From positions 114,886,001 through 114,950,000 of the forward strand of contig CM059426.1 in assembly GCA_030390025.1 (NCBI GenBank): 64,000 bases of DNA, given 5' to 3'. This document shows positions 39,405 to 53,610 of the stretch, one piece after another. The stretch is from Squalus acanthias (Eukaryota). The notes beneath the pieces are model-generated. The model was not told where the DNA came from. It did no database searches and saw only the letters and a program-made list of their open reading frames with translations. Both the position numbers and the translations under genes were made by a program. The stretch's first letter is position 1. The number at the start of each line of letters is the position of its first letter.

Positions 39405-40010
39405 TCTGACAGTAGAATATAAGTCAAGGAGGTCATGATCAAACTGTGCAATTCTCTGACCGGATCCCACTTTAAATATTGCATCCAGTTCTGGTCCAAA
39501 GAAACAAGAGAGCCATTGAAGCGTTGGAGGCAGTGCAGGGAAGAGCCTCAGACTCAGGGATCTAAGCTCTGAGGAAGACTGGATAGACTTGAGCTTTTTA
39601 ACCTGGAAATAAAGCAATCTAATAGAAGTATATAAGATTGTTAAGGCTAAAGAAAGGTGAACCCAGAATATTACTTTAAATTACACTGCAGGAGTAGATC
39701 AGCCATGATCTCATTGAATGGCGCAGGCTCGATGGGCCAAATGGCCTACTCCTGCTCCTATTTCTTATGTTCTAGAACAATGGGACACAAGTTCAAACTA
39801 GTAAAAAGTAATTTTAGGACTGATATCAGGAAATTCTTCTTCTGACAAAAGAGTGATCAATGTGTAGAATAAACTTCCAGAGAGAGTAGTGGAGGCAAAA
39901 ACCCTGGAATCATAAGAAACAATCAGATGTTACAATGGAGTGCAATAGGATCTTTCTGGATGGATGATAAAGATAGGCCGAATAGTCTTCCTGATCTGTA
40001 AGTATCTTGT
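39405..40010 (+). mobile_element. Old CR1 LINE fragment
   Basis: RTMGHKFKLVKSNFRTDIRKFFF. Confidence 0.7.
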
Positions 40011-41079
40011 GTTCAGCAGTCAACAACACATGACTACCTGCAGGCATACTGGGGGAAGAGGAGGTTAGAAACTACTTTACTTATCCATCTGGAAGATAAT
40101 GCCCTGTCCCCAGGACACCTGCAGCTTCATGGGAAATTGAGGCGGGAAGCTGGTAATGCTCGATCCTGCCTCATTTGTATACCTGCCCTAATCCTGCACT
40201 TACTACTGCTAAGATCCACCCCCTCCATAAGGAGATCAGGCATGTTGGGACACTGTTTAACTTTTAAAAGATTGGACATTAGATTTTCTGAATCCTTGTT
40301 TGTGATGAGATACCTTGCTGGCTGTGAGTTTGCATTGGGAATTGTGTGAGGTACCTCACCATGAGCTATCACTTGAACAATCTACCCTCGGAGTAAAGAA
40401 GGTAAATGCATTCACCTTTTCTCCAGAGGCTGGTGATTAAAGGGAACTGTTTAACAAAAGAGAGTGCAACAGCTGCCAAAACTTCAATTAATTCCCCATA
40501 CATTCTAGTGTTTGCTTAACATCATCAATGAGATAAAGGGAATGTTTTATTTATCATTTAGAAAACATTTCCTGTATCATCTCAGATTCGTTTGTTGAAA
40601 AATCATCAAATCCATCAAAACCCATGGTCGCTTTGTTATTCCAGTTCTGCTAAACATGGAACTGTCACCACATCAAATGCTGACCGACTCCAATCGCACA
40701 ATTTGCAGTGTTACATGTGGCAACATGCTGCATACATAGCTCTAGCGTGCAAACATGGGCCGCTGGTTTATGTACAGATTAGAAAAAAGAATTCTTGTAG
40801 TCATCCAGGTGAGGGATGTTGGTACCGAACAATGGATCAATTCCTTTCATTCTGGGCATGCAGTGTCAGCATTAAGTATTCCCAGGTCAGATATAGCACA
40901 GCCCCATACAAAATGTTTTGGCCTCTATCCTCAAAAAACCTACTGTAATTATTTTCTGATATTTCACATCAACATTTCTGAATGGGAGAATCCATTTACT
41001 CTCAGTTCGTGTTGAATTGAGGGTGGTTTTGCACTCATGCTCACAAGGATCAGGGCTAAAACTAGCAAAAGCAAAGCAA

Positions 41080-41669
41080 CTAGCGCCCGGGCACGGTGCT
41101 GCTAACGCCTCCCGCGAAATTCAGCGTGTGGTTAGTGGCGGCGGTAGCTGGTAGCGCCCCGCGGCACTGCGCATCCGGCAATGACGTCATCGCCGTGCGC
41201 AGCGCCCCGGCAGTAAACTTGGCTTGCGTCTGCTGACCTACCGCCGGACGCTATGTCCGACAGGGTCAGGGGGGCGCTTTTGCAGCCGGGGCGGCGTAAA
41301 TTAAAGGGCAGGTGCCGAGCAGCCATTTTTTTTGGGTCGCCTGCCAGCACCTGCCCCCTCTGGCCTCTTGCTGCGGGGTGCCGGCCACGATCCGTCAGCC
41401 TGGCACTTCTCTTGAGTGTCGGGCTCTTTTGCCGGCACTCCGCTCCCTGGCGCGCTGTGCTAGGCCCCTCCCCTCTAATCAGGGGAGGGAGGCCTGCAGT
41501 ACCGCGATATTCCATGGGAGTGCCCCAAGAGGGAGGGGGTGCACTTCCAGTAGCGCCCCGCCTCCTGCTTGGGGCACTACCATTGAATTTCGGGCGTGGG
41601 GGTGCTAACATTTTCAGGGCGCTACGCGAAGCTAGCGCTCCAAAGGGGGCGCGAGCCAATTTTCCCCCC
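41080..41669 (-). mobile_element. GC-rich non-autonomous element, copy 3
   Basis: Reverse-complement homology to copies 1 and 2; ends AATTTTCCCCCC. Confidence 0.85.
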
Positions 41670-43330
41670 TTGGTCTCCAACAACCACAGTCAGCTTCTGT
41701 GTGTCAGGTATGATTCCAGCCATTGGAGGGTTTTTCCATTGACCTCGGGGCTATTTCATGTTATACTCAGTTGGATGCTGCCTTGATGTTGAGGGCAGAT
41801 ACTCACCTGTCCTTTGGCATTCAGTTTTTGTATCCATGTCTGGATCAAGGCTTTAAGGAGGTCAAGAGTTGAGTTGCTCTCTTAGAATCAGAACTGAGCA
41901 ATAGTGAGCAGTTATTGGTAAGTGTCACCCGATGATGCTATCGATTACTTCTTTCATCACTCTACTGATGATTGAGAGGCATCTAATAGGGTGGTAGTTG
42001 GCTGGGTTAGGTTTGATCCTGTTTTTTGTTGATAGGACATACCACGCTGTTTGGTGGATGTCATAGCTGTATTGGAATAGTTTGGCTGGGGGCAACTAGC
42101 TCTGGTGCACAAGTCTTCAACAATATAACCAGAATGTTATTAGGGCTCATAGCCTTTGCTGTGTCCAGCGTACTCAACTCCGACTACACTTCAAAAATTA
42201 TTTTTGTAAAAATGTGATAAGGTGCTATATAAATAGAAGTTAATTCTTTGCAATATTAAAAACATTCTCTTTAGCTTAGATTGAGACACGTAGAAGTTAC
42301 AACACGGAAGCAGGCCATTCAGCACCAACAGTCCGTGTTGGCATTTACCCTCCAAATAGTTCCAATCACATTGACCCACCCCGTTCCCATATCCCTTCAT
42401 CCACCTATCCAATCTAATCTTGAATGTTGAGATAGTTTCTGCCTCAACCACTAACCTTGGAAGCGAATTCTATAATCTTACAATTCCCTGCATGAAGAAA
42501 TTTCTCCTACCTTCTGTTCTAAATCTCTTACATTTAATCTTGTACCTTATGGCCCCTCATTCTTGACCCCTCAAATACTGAAAAACAGTAACTGTACATC
42601 CCCTCCCCCTTTTCCCAGCCCTAAACTTGCTTTAAAATCTATTTCATTTCCTGCTTTTTTCCAGTTCTGACGAAAGGTCTTCGACCTGAAATGTTAACCC
42701 TGTTTCTCTCTCCACGGATGCTGCCTGGCCTGCTGAGTTTTTCCAGCGTTTTCTGTTATTATTTCGATTTCCAGCATCCGCAGTATTTTGCTATCGTAAC
42801 AGTCTGCATCTATCTACCTTGTCCGATCCTTTCATAATTTTAAACACTTCTTTGTATTGTTATAATCTGCATTGTTGTAATGCAAAAAGACCTAATTTTT
42901 CAAGCCTTTCTTTGTGTTTGTATTTCCTCATAAGAGGCAGCATCCTGGTGAATCTGCATTGTACCCTCTCTAAAGCCTCAATATCCTTCCTATAGTGTGG
43001 AGTGCAAAACTACACACAGTACTCTAACTGAGATCTTAAGGTTTTATGTAGGTTCATCATTACATCTTGGCTTTTATGTTCTATACCTCAAGATAAAATC
43101 TGAAATTCTATGAGCTTTTTTCAGAACCGTAGCAACCTGAGTTGCTGCCTTTAATGTTCAGTGAACCTGTACTCTCAAATTCCTCTGCTCTTGTGGAGCC
43201 TGTTGCTTCTGTTATTTATTTTACCAAACTGTATCACCTTACACTTACTGATACTGAATTCCATCTGCCACTTTTCAGTCCAATCCCCTATCTTTTCAAT
43301 ATCTCTTTGTAATTTCCATTGGTCATCTAA
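41670..43330 (-). mobile_element. Cluster of CR1 fragments with a nested Penelope end (42595-42797)
   Basis: Similarity to the other CR1 copies. The Penelope terminal repeat carries a hammerhead-like motif at 42664-42698. Confidence 0.65.
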
Positions 43331-43537
43331 AGAATTAACTATACCTCCTATTTTTAAGTATAAATGATTCCATTTAAAGAAAAACTATAATAATTGTGAA
43401 ATGTAGTTTTCACAATTATCCTTTCTGCAGCAGGTGATTTTTTAAATGGATTGTTCGATTTTAAAGTGCTTGGTCTAGAAATTCCAGCCCTCCAGGGGTG
43501 AAATCCAAGCAGAATTGTGGTGGAACCTGGATACACT

Positions 43538-46197
43538 GGCCTAGAAATTTAACATCGCTAAAAACCTGCCGATGCCACCATGGGCCGGTGGTAACGGCCC
43601 CTGAAATTGATGGCGCTGGCAGGACTGGTAAATTGGCGCTGGTGGCTAATTAACATTAGCCCAGTGCTAAACTTACTGTGTAACACCGTTTTGGTGATGT
43701 TAATCCTGGCAGGCGGCCCCAATGTAGCGTGGCCATAGCGTCATTGCAGCAAGAACAGTCTTCTCTTAAAGCAAGGCTGTCATTTCAGAAAGCAGTGCAT
43801 TCGTTTAAAGGGGAACTGCCTTCTAAAATGAAAAAAATAAAAATCATGTGAAAATAGGCAGTTTTTAGCCCTTACAGCTCAACTGCCTTCAGAAATTTAT
43901 TTTTTTTAATTCCCAAATGGGAGTCTTCAGCTCTTAAAGCTGAACTGCCTTCTGCACCTAAAAAAATGCTAAACGTGCCTCGGCACTAACACAAATGGCT
44001 CAGCAGGCCAGGGAAGGGGCTCCCAGGGTCTCGCATGCAGCACTCCAGCTTTGTGCATGGGGTCAACACTGCAAGAGAGGACCTCTACTCACAGGAGGCC
44101 TTCCAGAAAGAAGGATGTGGGACCAGATCACCAAGGCCGTCACTGCCAGCAGTGTCACCCCCGCGACCTGGCTCCAGTGCCCAAAGAAGCTTCATAACCT
44201 CAGACCACTGGTCAAGGTCAGTGAATGCATCTTCAAAAGCCGTCTCCTACCAACTGCACCACTAGCCTCACACACTGCTCAATGCACGACTCTCCCCCAC
44301 CCCCACCCCCCCGCCAATCACTCACCTACCAACAATCTGTACCAATCATGAGGCATACCTCCCGTTCCTAGCCTCACCTTACCCCCTTGGAGGAGACGGT
44401 GCTGGCCATTCTTGGCAGGGACATAACTGAGCCCTTGGCCAGCGGCGAGGCTGAAAGGATACAAGATGCTGGTATCCTCATACGTTATCCTCCTTCTGGT
44501 ATGCACCCCTTGCTTCCCTGCCCTCCACTCACCACAACTCCACCCTTGTGTCTTCCTCATTTCACACACCCAAAAGATGGCGATGGAGGAGATGGTGGGA
44601 GATGATGGAGGAGACAGAGAAGCAGAAGGAGAATAATAAGAAGAAGGAGAATAAGAATAAAAATAAGAATGAGATGGAGGAGAACATAAGAACATAAGAA
44701 ATAGGAGCAGGAGTAGACCATTCGGCCCCTCGAGCCTGCTCCGCCATTCTTCTACCTCAACTCCACTTTCCTGTACTATCCCCATATACCTTGATTCCCT
44801 TAATATTCAAAAATCTATCGATCTCTGTCTTGAATATACTCAATGACTGAGCCTCCTCAGCCCTCTGGGGTAGAGAATTCCAAAGATTCACCACCCTCTG
44901 AGTGAAGAAATTTCTCCTCATCTCAGTCCGAAATGGCCGACCCCTTATTCTGAGACTGTGACCCCTGGTTCTAGACTCCCCAGCCAGGGGAAACATCCTC
45001 CCTGCATCTACCCTGTCAAGCCCTGTAAGAATTTTGTATGTTTCAATGAGATTACCTCTCATTCTTCTAAACTCCAGAGAATATAGGCCTAGTCTACTCA
45101 ATTTCCTCCTCCTCAGAAGGAGAAGGAGGAGGAAGAGGAAGGAGGAAGAAGAAACACCGTCACTTGATTTCACACTGCCAGCCACCAGCAACTCAAGGTC
45201 AACCAGCAAGGCCATTTGCAGTGTCCCCCACGGAAAGTCAGCAGCCTTCCACTAGCCATGCTGCAGCCACTGGGGTAGCACTGCGTGACATCACTAGGAT
45301 AGGCAAAAGCACACGCAAGACAGTCACTAAGGGAATGCATAAGGGTGATAAGTTGATTTCGTGATGACATATTGGATGGATAGATGTATAATGTTGGATT
45401 CGAAAGTTTGCTTTGTGGTGACATTTATTTCAGCATTGTAGCCAAGAGGACGCTGTGATGGTCAGTAACCGAGGGAAGGTAAGGTGTGGGACAAATGTTG
45501 AAAGGGGAATTGGGGTTGTGGTCACTGGGACCGCAGATGAATGATTCCATCCCAGATATCCCGGGCAGAAAGGGGCTGTCTAGGTTGCATTCTTCCTTAT
45601 GCGCCCTCCTCTTGATGGAAATCTGAAATAAAAGCAGAAAATGCTGGAAATACTCAGCAAGCCAGGCAGCATCGACCCGAGATGTGAACTCTGATTCTTT
45701 TTCCACAGATGCTGCCTGATCTGCTGAGTATTTCCAGCATTTTCTGCCTTCTCATAGGCCTTCCTTTACCATCCAAAACCTTGCAAGCATCCAGCAGCAC
45801 TCCCTGCACGCTTAAAAAACTTTTAACATGCATTGCACCAAGCCACTACTTTAATAAAATTAAAAAATCCAGTCCAAAAGCTTAAATGCAAACTTACCTG
45901 AAAGATGTGTGTGTCCCTTAAAGAAGTGCTGATAGCATCTCTGTCAGTCTGCTGAACGCTCGCTTTTCAGAGCGCTAAGGTCAAAGTTCACAGAGCGTGA
46001 TGTTAAGTCGGCGAGTGACATCACACTCTCGATATTTGCATCTCCAGGGCCAGCGCTGCTATCGGCAGCGCGAATGCCCTCACCAAAATGGCGGCCGCTG
46101 AGTCCCATGCCAGAGAAGGGCATTAGAGTGGCGGCCGCCATTTTTCGCCAGGATTGCGGCGCTAACTCGTGGTGATAAGGTAGGGAATTTCTGTGCC
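43538..46197. mobile_element. Internally deleted Harbinger with TIRs and 3-bp TSD; nested CR1 at 44683-45105
   Basis: act|GGCCTAGAAATT ... AATTTCTGTGCC|act; Myb-like MAQQAREGAPRVS..WDQITKAVTASS..TWLQCPKKLHNL. Confidence 0.85.
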
Positions 46198-46940
46198 ACT
46201 AGGTTTCAATTACATCTAACTTGCTCTGCAAATTCCAGGGCAGACACATCTGCCTGCCACACTTATGCACCAGGAGCACTTTGAGGGTGTGTCTGGGGGC
46301 ATTCTCAGGATCCCCTGAGAATTCCAGCCATTGCACCCCTCTTAGGCCAGTGGATCCCACACCTACTAAGAGTAGACATGAATTCCACTGTGGGCCAGCA
46401 AAAGGCCCAGAGATGAAATTTTGCAATGGTAACCATTCCGGAGGGATCCGAATGATTTACCAGAGGGATCAATTACCTTCAGAATGTTGCCCAAAGTTCC
46501 TTGAGGGGACATAAGATTATTTTACATATATTTTCCTTCAGCCCACTAAGAACCTAGCTTCCGTCCCTGAGAGCAGCTGTGTGCTACTCCAGGATTCTGG
46601 TGGCATACAGGACGGGTGCCTCTGTTGTGACTCGCGGGCATAGGTCACCCACCCAGATTATTCAAATGACCCCTACCGCAAGATTTGGGCTGCGGGTCAG
46701 GTGAGGTCTACGCAGCAGATAGAAGTTCTTTCCTGCCACACTTCTGCCCCCTATTAAGAGTCCAGCTCCGCCGTCTCTTAAGGAGCCTTTTTGTAAACAG
46801 GAATTGATCCAAGTTAAATGGATCATAATACGATTTTCTAAATATGACGTTTATCAATAACTAGTTCATTAAAAGTGAAGAAATTTTCTGGGAGCACAAA
46901 CTAGCTAAAACTGCCACTGTTGACAGTAATAATAATGTAC

Positions 46941-47027
46941 CTGTAATTGTCTATGCAGGAGTACTTGAAACCTTGTTTTCTTAGGGCGTCTTCAAACTCT
47001 TTAACAGTGCCAGTCTCACACGACTCT
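46941..47027 (-). CDS. BST1: Gene B exon 7
   Basis: ctttctgatag|A...AG|gtacat; 87 nt; ESCETGTVKEFEDALRKQGFKYSCIDNYR. Confidence 0.93.
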
Positions 47028-47318
47028 CTATCAGAAAGAGTAAATGTTAGCACAAACTTAACAATGAATAATAGAAGAAACTTGAACTTTGACTTGCTTA
47101 AAAAAGAATACCACCATTGCACACCATAGGGTAAATTTTTTTGACCCCTTACCTGTGATTAGATACCTTGCTTGCCCTGAGCATGTATTGAAAAATTGTG
47201 GCAGTGCGTACTCGATTTTCTGATACACACTCTTGGTGGGAGAGATATCTCGCCACGAGAATCTACCCTCATGCCACAAACTAAAACAACTGAAATGAGC
47301 AGACACTATATTTAAGTA

Positions 47319-48225
47319 CAATAGCAAAATACTGCGGATGCTGGAAATCGGAAATAAAAACAGAAAATGCTGGAAATATTCAGCAGGTCAGGCAGCATCT
47401 GTGATGAGAGAAACAGAGTTAACGTTTCAGGTTACGCTGTCGTACCACCTTTGAAATTGACCGCAAGTTCGGAATTTCCAGCGCCTGCGCTAAATCCCGA
47501 ACTTGTGATCTGTCAAGTTCCGACTAGACAGATCATCCGCTGCGACTGTCAAATCCTCATTGCTAATGGGAAGTTGGGCTAATTGCCCACCAACTGTGCA
47601 GCAATTACGCTAGAAAATTTTAAGGCTGGTGCAAACAGGCGCAGGAGCCTGTTTGCTCAGCATAAGGGGATGGGGGTTGAGAAAAATGTATAAATATTTA
47701 AAAATGAACACATAAAAGCACCGTGTATCAACCTACCAGGCAGCTGTAAAGGCTTGGTTTGAGGGATGTGATGTTTTAATTTTTTTTTAATCTTGCAGGG
47801 TCTTCCAGTAAATAACTGTACTTATTCCAAAGTATTCCCTGTGCTTTTTAAAGCCAAGTATTGTACTTGTCAAATAAATATTCACACTGTTTAATATAAA
47901 ATTTGATTGATGTCGGGCTTTGGAGATTTCGGTTTCCTGATTGGCTAGTGAAAGAAGCACCGCCACACGTAATCCCAGGTATGCTTACGTACAACGGTGC
48001 GCCTCTGGGGTCAGTGGGCCACTACGCTGCTCACAACTCTGCAGCGTTTCAAAGCAAGTTTTCATTTGGGGCCTTGCACCAGGTAGGTGTGGATTTTGTT
48101 CGGAGGTCGGCGCCGTACTCCAGCATTATGCCGCTGACCGCAATTTCAGGGCCATTAACTCTCTTTCACTCTCCATAGACACTGCCTGATCTGCTGAATA
48201 TTTCCAGCATTTTCTGTTTTTATTT
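47319..48225. mobile_element. Inverted Penelope-end pair with nested MITE and 14-bp TSD
   Basis: actatatttaagta at 47305-47318 and 48226-48239; aaataaaaacagaaaatgctggaaatattcagcag is inverted at the two ends. Confidence 0.75.
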
Positions 48226-48742
48226 ACTATATTTAAGTAGGTTATTTAAACTGTGATCACAGAATTAGAAGACATGAATACCAAATTAGAAATCCTCAGC
48301 AATGTCAGAGAGTAGAAGAAATTACTTTCCTCTCTGTAACATGTAAATGTGTGAAACAGACTCCCATCAAAAACAGTTAATTCCCAGTCAGTCATCCAAC
48401 TCCTTTTAAAAGCGAGTAACTTGTTGGTTGGGAGCTGGATTCAAAATTGAAGTTTTTTATTTTTGTATCTGTGTCCTCTAGTTCTACACTCACAGTCCAT
48501 GTTAAATAAACTGCTTACATCAACATTATCTCTCTATCAGCACAAATAATTATTTGCATACATTTAACAATGAATAATAGAAGTAACTTGAATTTAGACG
48601 TGATTAATGCAGCATTTCACCATTGTACACCAATGAGTTGACTTTCCGAGTCTTTGCCTGCGATGAGATACCTTGCTCCCTGTGAGAGCTTTGGAAAATG
48701 CCCACATGATTTTCTAATACACATTCACATTTTAAAGACTAT

Positions 48743-49533
48743 GACCTAGCAATTTGATCGCACCGTGTCCATTTTTTGCATGCTAAACTGGCTCCTTAGT
48801 CTCGAACATGGTGGGCAGGAAGCTCTCGCATATTTCCAGCCAGAAATGTGCCACCCACCATATTGGATTGGGCTTCTCCATTGGCGCCAGGAGCTCATGG
48901 CAGAAGTATTTAAAGTAATTAATACCTTATTTAAATTAGTGTCCTGCACTTCTCGCAGGACCTTTTTCCGATTTTGGTACGTCCCAGTGCCTCACTCAGT
49001 ACGTGCTGAACTCGCCCATCAACTTGTGGTGCTAACTGGCAGGACAGACTCCTCATCATCGCTATTTAAAGGGATCATACAGAAGTTACAGACTAGTCGC
49101 TGGTTAGCTTCTGGGCATTTCTTGGTGTGTTTTATCACTCTGGATAGTTCACTTTGTCTGTGCAGTGCAAGATTTTGCTGCTGTTGTACTGTTGTTTGCT
49201 ATCGCATAAATAGTTTTACTGCAGTCATGGGTGGGTCTCATAGATCTGCCTTTGGAGCTGGAGGATGAGGGGGAGCAGCAAAGAAGACAGCAGAGAGCAG
49301 AGCAGTGCCACAAGAGGGATGAGAAGGAAGGCACTGCGCAGGAGGCCATATTCACAGAGGGCATTCAGGAGTACTTCTCCGATATTAACTTAATGTAGCC
49401 GGCTGCATGGCTGAGTGATGATAATGAGAGACAGCATGAATATTACGTGCTGCCTGAGACAACTCTAACAGGTACGTGCAGGGCGTGCCCCACCCCCTGC
49501 GCTCATTTTTGGGTGCGATCAAATTTCTAGGCC
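48743..49533 (+). mobile_element. Internally deleted Harbinger
   Basis: TIRs cctagcaatttgatcgcacc / ggtgcgatcaaatttctagg. Shares internal sequence (tatttaaagggatcat) with the 25.5 kb copy. Confidence 0.75.
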
Positions 49534-51119
49534 TTAGGTTATGTCTCCCCTCATTTTTTATGTCTCCAGTGAAAACATTGGGCCAGAATTTGCTGGGAAA
49601 ATAACAGCAAGTTCACGACGCACACTGTTATTAGTGTGTAAAAAAAACAGCGATTTGTGGCGAGGAAGAGATACGCCATGAGTAGTGAATGGTCACAAAT
49701 TGCTGGATGATTTACGCCACTTGCCTCAAAAATGGGAGCTCACCGTCAACCTCCCCATAAGTTTCACGAAATTGCTGGATTTGCGCTGTAAATACGAATT
49801 AAACTCACCGCTGGTATTTCACAATGCGAGGACCCTTTTAATGACAAAATTTATGTTTATGCAATGCCACTCAACCTCGGAAGCCCAGAAAGGGAACAGT
49901 TGAAACTGTGGAGTCTCACTCCTGCAGGTAGTTAATTGTTGCTAGATGTTTTTTAATTTTTAATTTTTAAATGATTTTTCTTACTTGTCCTTTCTCTTTT
50001 TCTCTCACTCTTAATCCAATCTTTCTTTCCCTTTCTTTATTTCTTTTTCTGTATCTAGTTTGATTCTAATTCACCCTCCTTCCTTCTCCATTGTTCGCTT
50101 CGTTTCTTTCTCTATCCTTAAATTTAATTGTTTAAGGAGAAAGACTATTGGTCCCATCATTCACCAAGGTGCCCCGCTGACCCCGTTATCAATTCACACT
50201 GTCAGCAAAAAAAAAATTTGAACTGGAATGTGAGGAAAAATATCCAACTCAAGGCATGCCGCAAGAAGCAAATTCTGTGCAGTGATCTACACTGGCTTAG
50301 GACAACTTTTTCCAACTTATAGTCAAATACCATGAGGTAGATTTGAATATTTGATCAGCTTTGTTGATAATAGCTTCACATTGCCTTGGCGCTTATGATG
50401 AAAGATTAGTAATCACACCCACATCCTGTTATAAGAATTGGCAGAAACGTGAACTATGCCCCCACCCACTCAGAAAAACAAAATAAAAGATGTTTATTTT
50501 TCTCACTTATGCCTCCAGTGTCTACTCTATTTTTCAAACCCATTGACAAGCCTTCAGTATGTTGGCTGTTAACCCTTCTGGGTGCAATTGTAACAATCAT
50601 GAGCCCTTCTATCCTCAATACATTAATGCCTTGACTTGTGTCAGTTGCAGTAAATTAATTACTTCCTCTGTATGAATGCTATGTTTGCATCTATATCCAG
50701 TGTACGCATTCAGGATACTGCACAAATGTTTGCAACCTCTGCCTTCTATTTGACCCTGAGCTGCACTTCCAACCCCATATCCTCCCCATCACAAAGACTG
50801 CATACTTCTACCTCTGTAATATTCTCCCGTCACCATTCGCCTTAGTTTATTTGCTCTCTCTTCTCTCCATTCCTTGAATTTCTCAAATACATGCACTTTA
50901 CTGACTTATATAATGAATCCCAGAATTACAGTTTAAATAACCTATTTAAATATAGTGCCAGAATTTCCACGCTGTGGGGGCAGGTAGGTACCTGGGCTGC
51001 ATCGCTCGTGGCAATATTTAAATAGAGTGACTTCCCATTGGCGCCCCCCCCCCCATACTCCAGCAAGGTCAGTGCCGGGCACATCCCCACACAATTTCAG
51101 GGCCATATGAATTAGGAAT

Positions 51120-53250
51120 TATATAGAATTACATAGAATCTACAGTACAGAAACAGGCCATTCAGCCCAACTTGTCTATGCTGTGTTTGTACTCAAGAGC
51201 TTCCTCCCACTCTAATTACCTTTTCCCACCCTACTCCTGTATCCCACTATTTCTTTTCCCCTCATGTATGTATCAAGCCACTGTGTAAAGAAATTCCTCC
51301 CAAATTCTTTATTAGTTCTGTTAGTGGCTATCTTATATTTATGCCCCTTATTTTGGATTCCCCCACAAGTGGAAACAGTTTGTCCACATCCACTCAATCA
51401 AACTCCTTCATAATTGCTGCATCGGAGAACCAATGTGCCTTTTCTCTGCTTTGTTGAGACATTGCTAAGTTCCAGTTGCAGTCAGAATGGAACTCATATA
51501 AAGCACCTCCCCTTTAAGAAGTGCAGGCAACCTTTAAATAGAGAGCAGACGCCCCATGATATTGGTCACCCTGTTGAGCACTGAGCCAACCAGCAGCGTG
51601 TTTAGCACTGGTCCCAGCGCTGCAATCATGTTAATAAGCAGGCAACGCAAATTTCGTGTGCTGCCTGCACTACTTTCAATGGGCACTGGGCAGGTCGCGC
51701 ATTGCGATCCCCGTGCCCGTTTTCAGGCCTTATCCAATTTGCCCCCCAGAACTGCACCGAGTACTCATGGTCTAACCAAGGTTCTATATAAATTTAACAT
51801 TACCTCCCTGCTTTTGATTTCTATTCCTCTAGAAATGTACTCTAGTATTTTGTTTGAATGCTTTATGATAATTATTCTTATCAACTTGATTTGCTACTTT
51901 TAGTGCTCTATGTATCTGTCTTTGCAGATTTCTTTTCTCCCCCACCCCATTTATGTTGCTTACCTTCCAATGAATAAGTGGCCTCCATATTTCTCCTACG
52001 AAAATGAACCACCTCACACTTTGTTATATTGAATTTACTTTTGCCATTGATCCGCCCATGCTTAGAAGTTTGTTTTACGATCCTGAAACTATCAGGATGG
52101 TAGAAGGCAAACTAGATGAACCATGGTCTAATTTTGTCAAGCAATTCCTATGTTTTCCTGTATTTTGGTGCAGTCCTCCACATTATTAGCTATATCACCC
52201 AATTAGGTATCAACTATTAATTTTGATGCCATACCTCCTACTTCTGATTTCAAATCATTTATATGTATGGTAAACATCAGTGGTCCCAGTACGGATTCCT
52301 GTGGGATACCACTTCCCACTTTCTGCCAGTTTGAGAAACTTCCCTTATCTCCTACCCTCAGTTTTCTGTTTTGTAGCCATCTTTCACTCCAATCTGCTAC
52401 CTGGCCCCTGATTCCACATGCCCTGACCTTTGCCATGAGTCTCATGTGGCACCTTATCGAAGGCCTTCTGAAAGTCCATGTATACCACATCCACTGCATT
52501 GACTTTGTCTAGTCTTTCTGTTATTTCTTCAAAGTATTAAATAATGTTGGTTAAACATGACCTTCCTTTTAGAAATCCATGTTGACTTTTTTTTATATTA
52601 TATTCATCATCTCTAGATTGCATTTTGTTATCTGATTAAATTTTTATAGATGAATACCAGTGCCTCTGCTATCTCTCTCCAATTTATTTTTGATTATCCG
52701 CAGGCGCAATCCTTCTGGACCCAGGGACTTGTCCTCCTTAAGTTTGGTTAGTTTGTCCAGTGTCTCCTTTCTTTCTATCTTAACTGTTGTGCTGTCTCTC
52801 TTGACTTCTTCTACTGTTGTTATTTTCTATTTGGTAGCCTCTTCAGTGAAAACTGAGGCAAAGTATCCATTCATTATTCCTGCTATTTCAGTATCATCTC
52901 CTGTGAGTTTATCTTGTTTATCCATTAGTGACTCTATCCCTATCTTAACTCTCTTGTTACTTATATGCCTATAGAAACTTTACTATTTCTTTTTATATTA
53001 TTTGATATTTTAATTTCATATTTTGTCTCCTTTCTTCTCATCTTGTTAATCTCTTTTCTAAGCTCATCATATTCCCTTGTGTCATCCTCTCCTTTATTTT
53101 TTATGTACATTGCATATGCCTTTTGTTTTAGATTCAATTATATCCTCACCACTTTATTTGTTCATGGCATCTCATTCTTGGCTAGCTTGTTCTTATTTTT
53201 TAGTGGAATATATTTCTCCTTAATGCTATTATCTCCCCTTTAAATACTAG
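51120..53250 (-). mobile_element. Fragmented CR1 LINE pieces
   Basis: VGSGIPQESVLGPLMFTIHINDL; the PGPEGLRL region near 52710. Confidence 0.75.
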
Positions 53251-53261
53251 TCACTGCTGTT

Positions 53262-53610
53262 ATCTTGAGCACAAAATCTAGGCTGACACTCCAGAGCAAT
53301 ACTGTCAGAGGTGCCGTCTTTTGGATGAGATGTTAAACCGAGGCCCCGTCTGCCCTCTTAGGTGGATGTGAAAGATCACATGGCACTATTCAAAGAAGAG
53401 CAGGGGAGTTCTCCCTGGTGTCCTGGCCAATATTTATTCCTCAACCAACATCACTAAACAGATTATCTGGTCATTTATTTCAAAGCAGTTTGTGGCACCT
53501 TGCTGTGTACACAACAGTGACTACACTTCAGAAATACTTCATTGGCTGAAAAGCGCTTTGGGAAGTCCTGAGTTATGAAAGGTGCTATATAAATAAAAGT
53601 TCTTTCTTTC
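53262..53610 (+). mobile_element. DeuSINE
   Basis: Homologous to 26110-26500. Confidence 0.85.
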
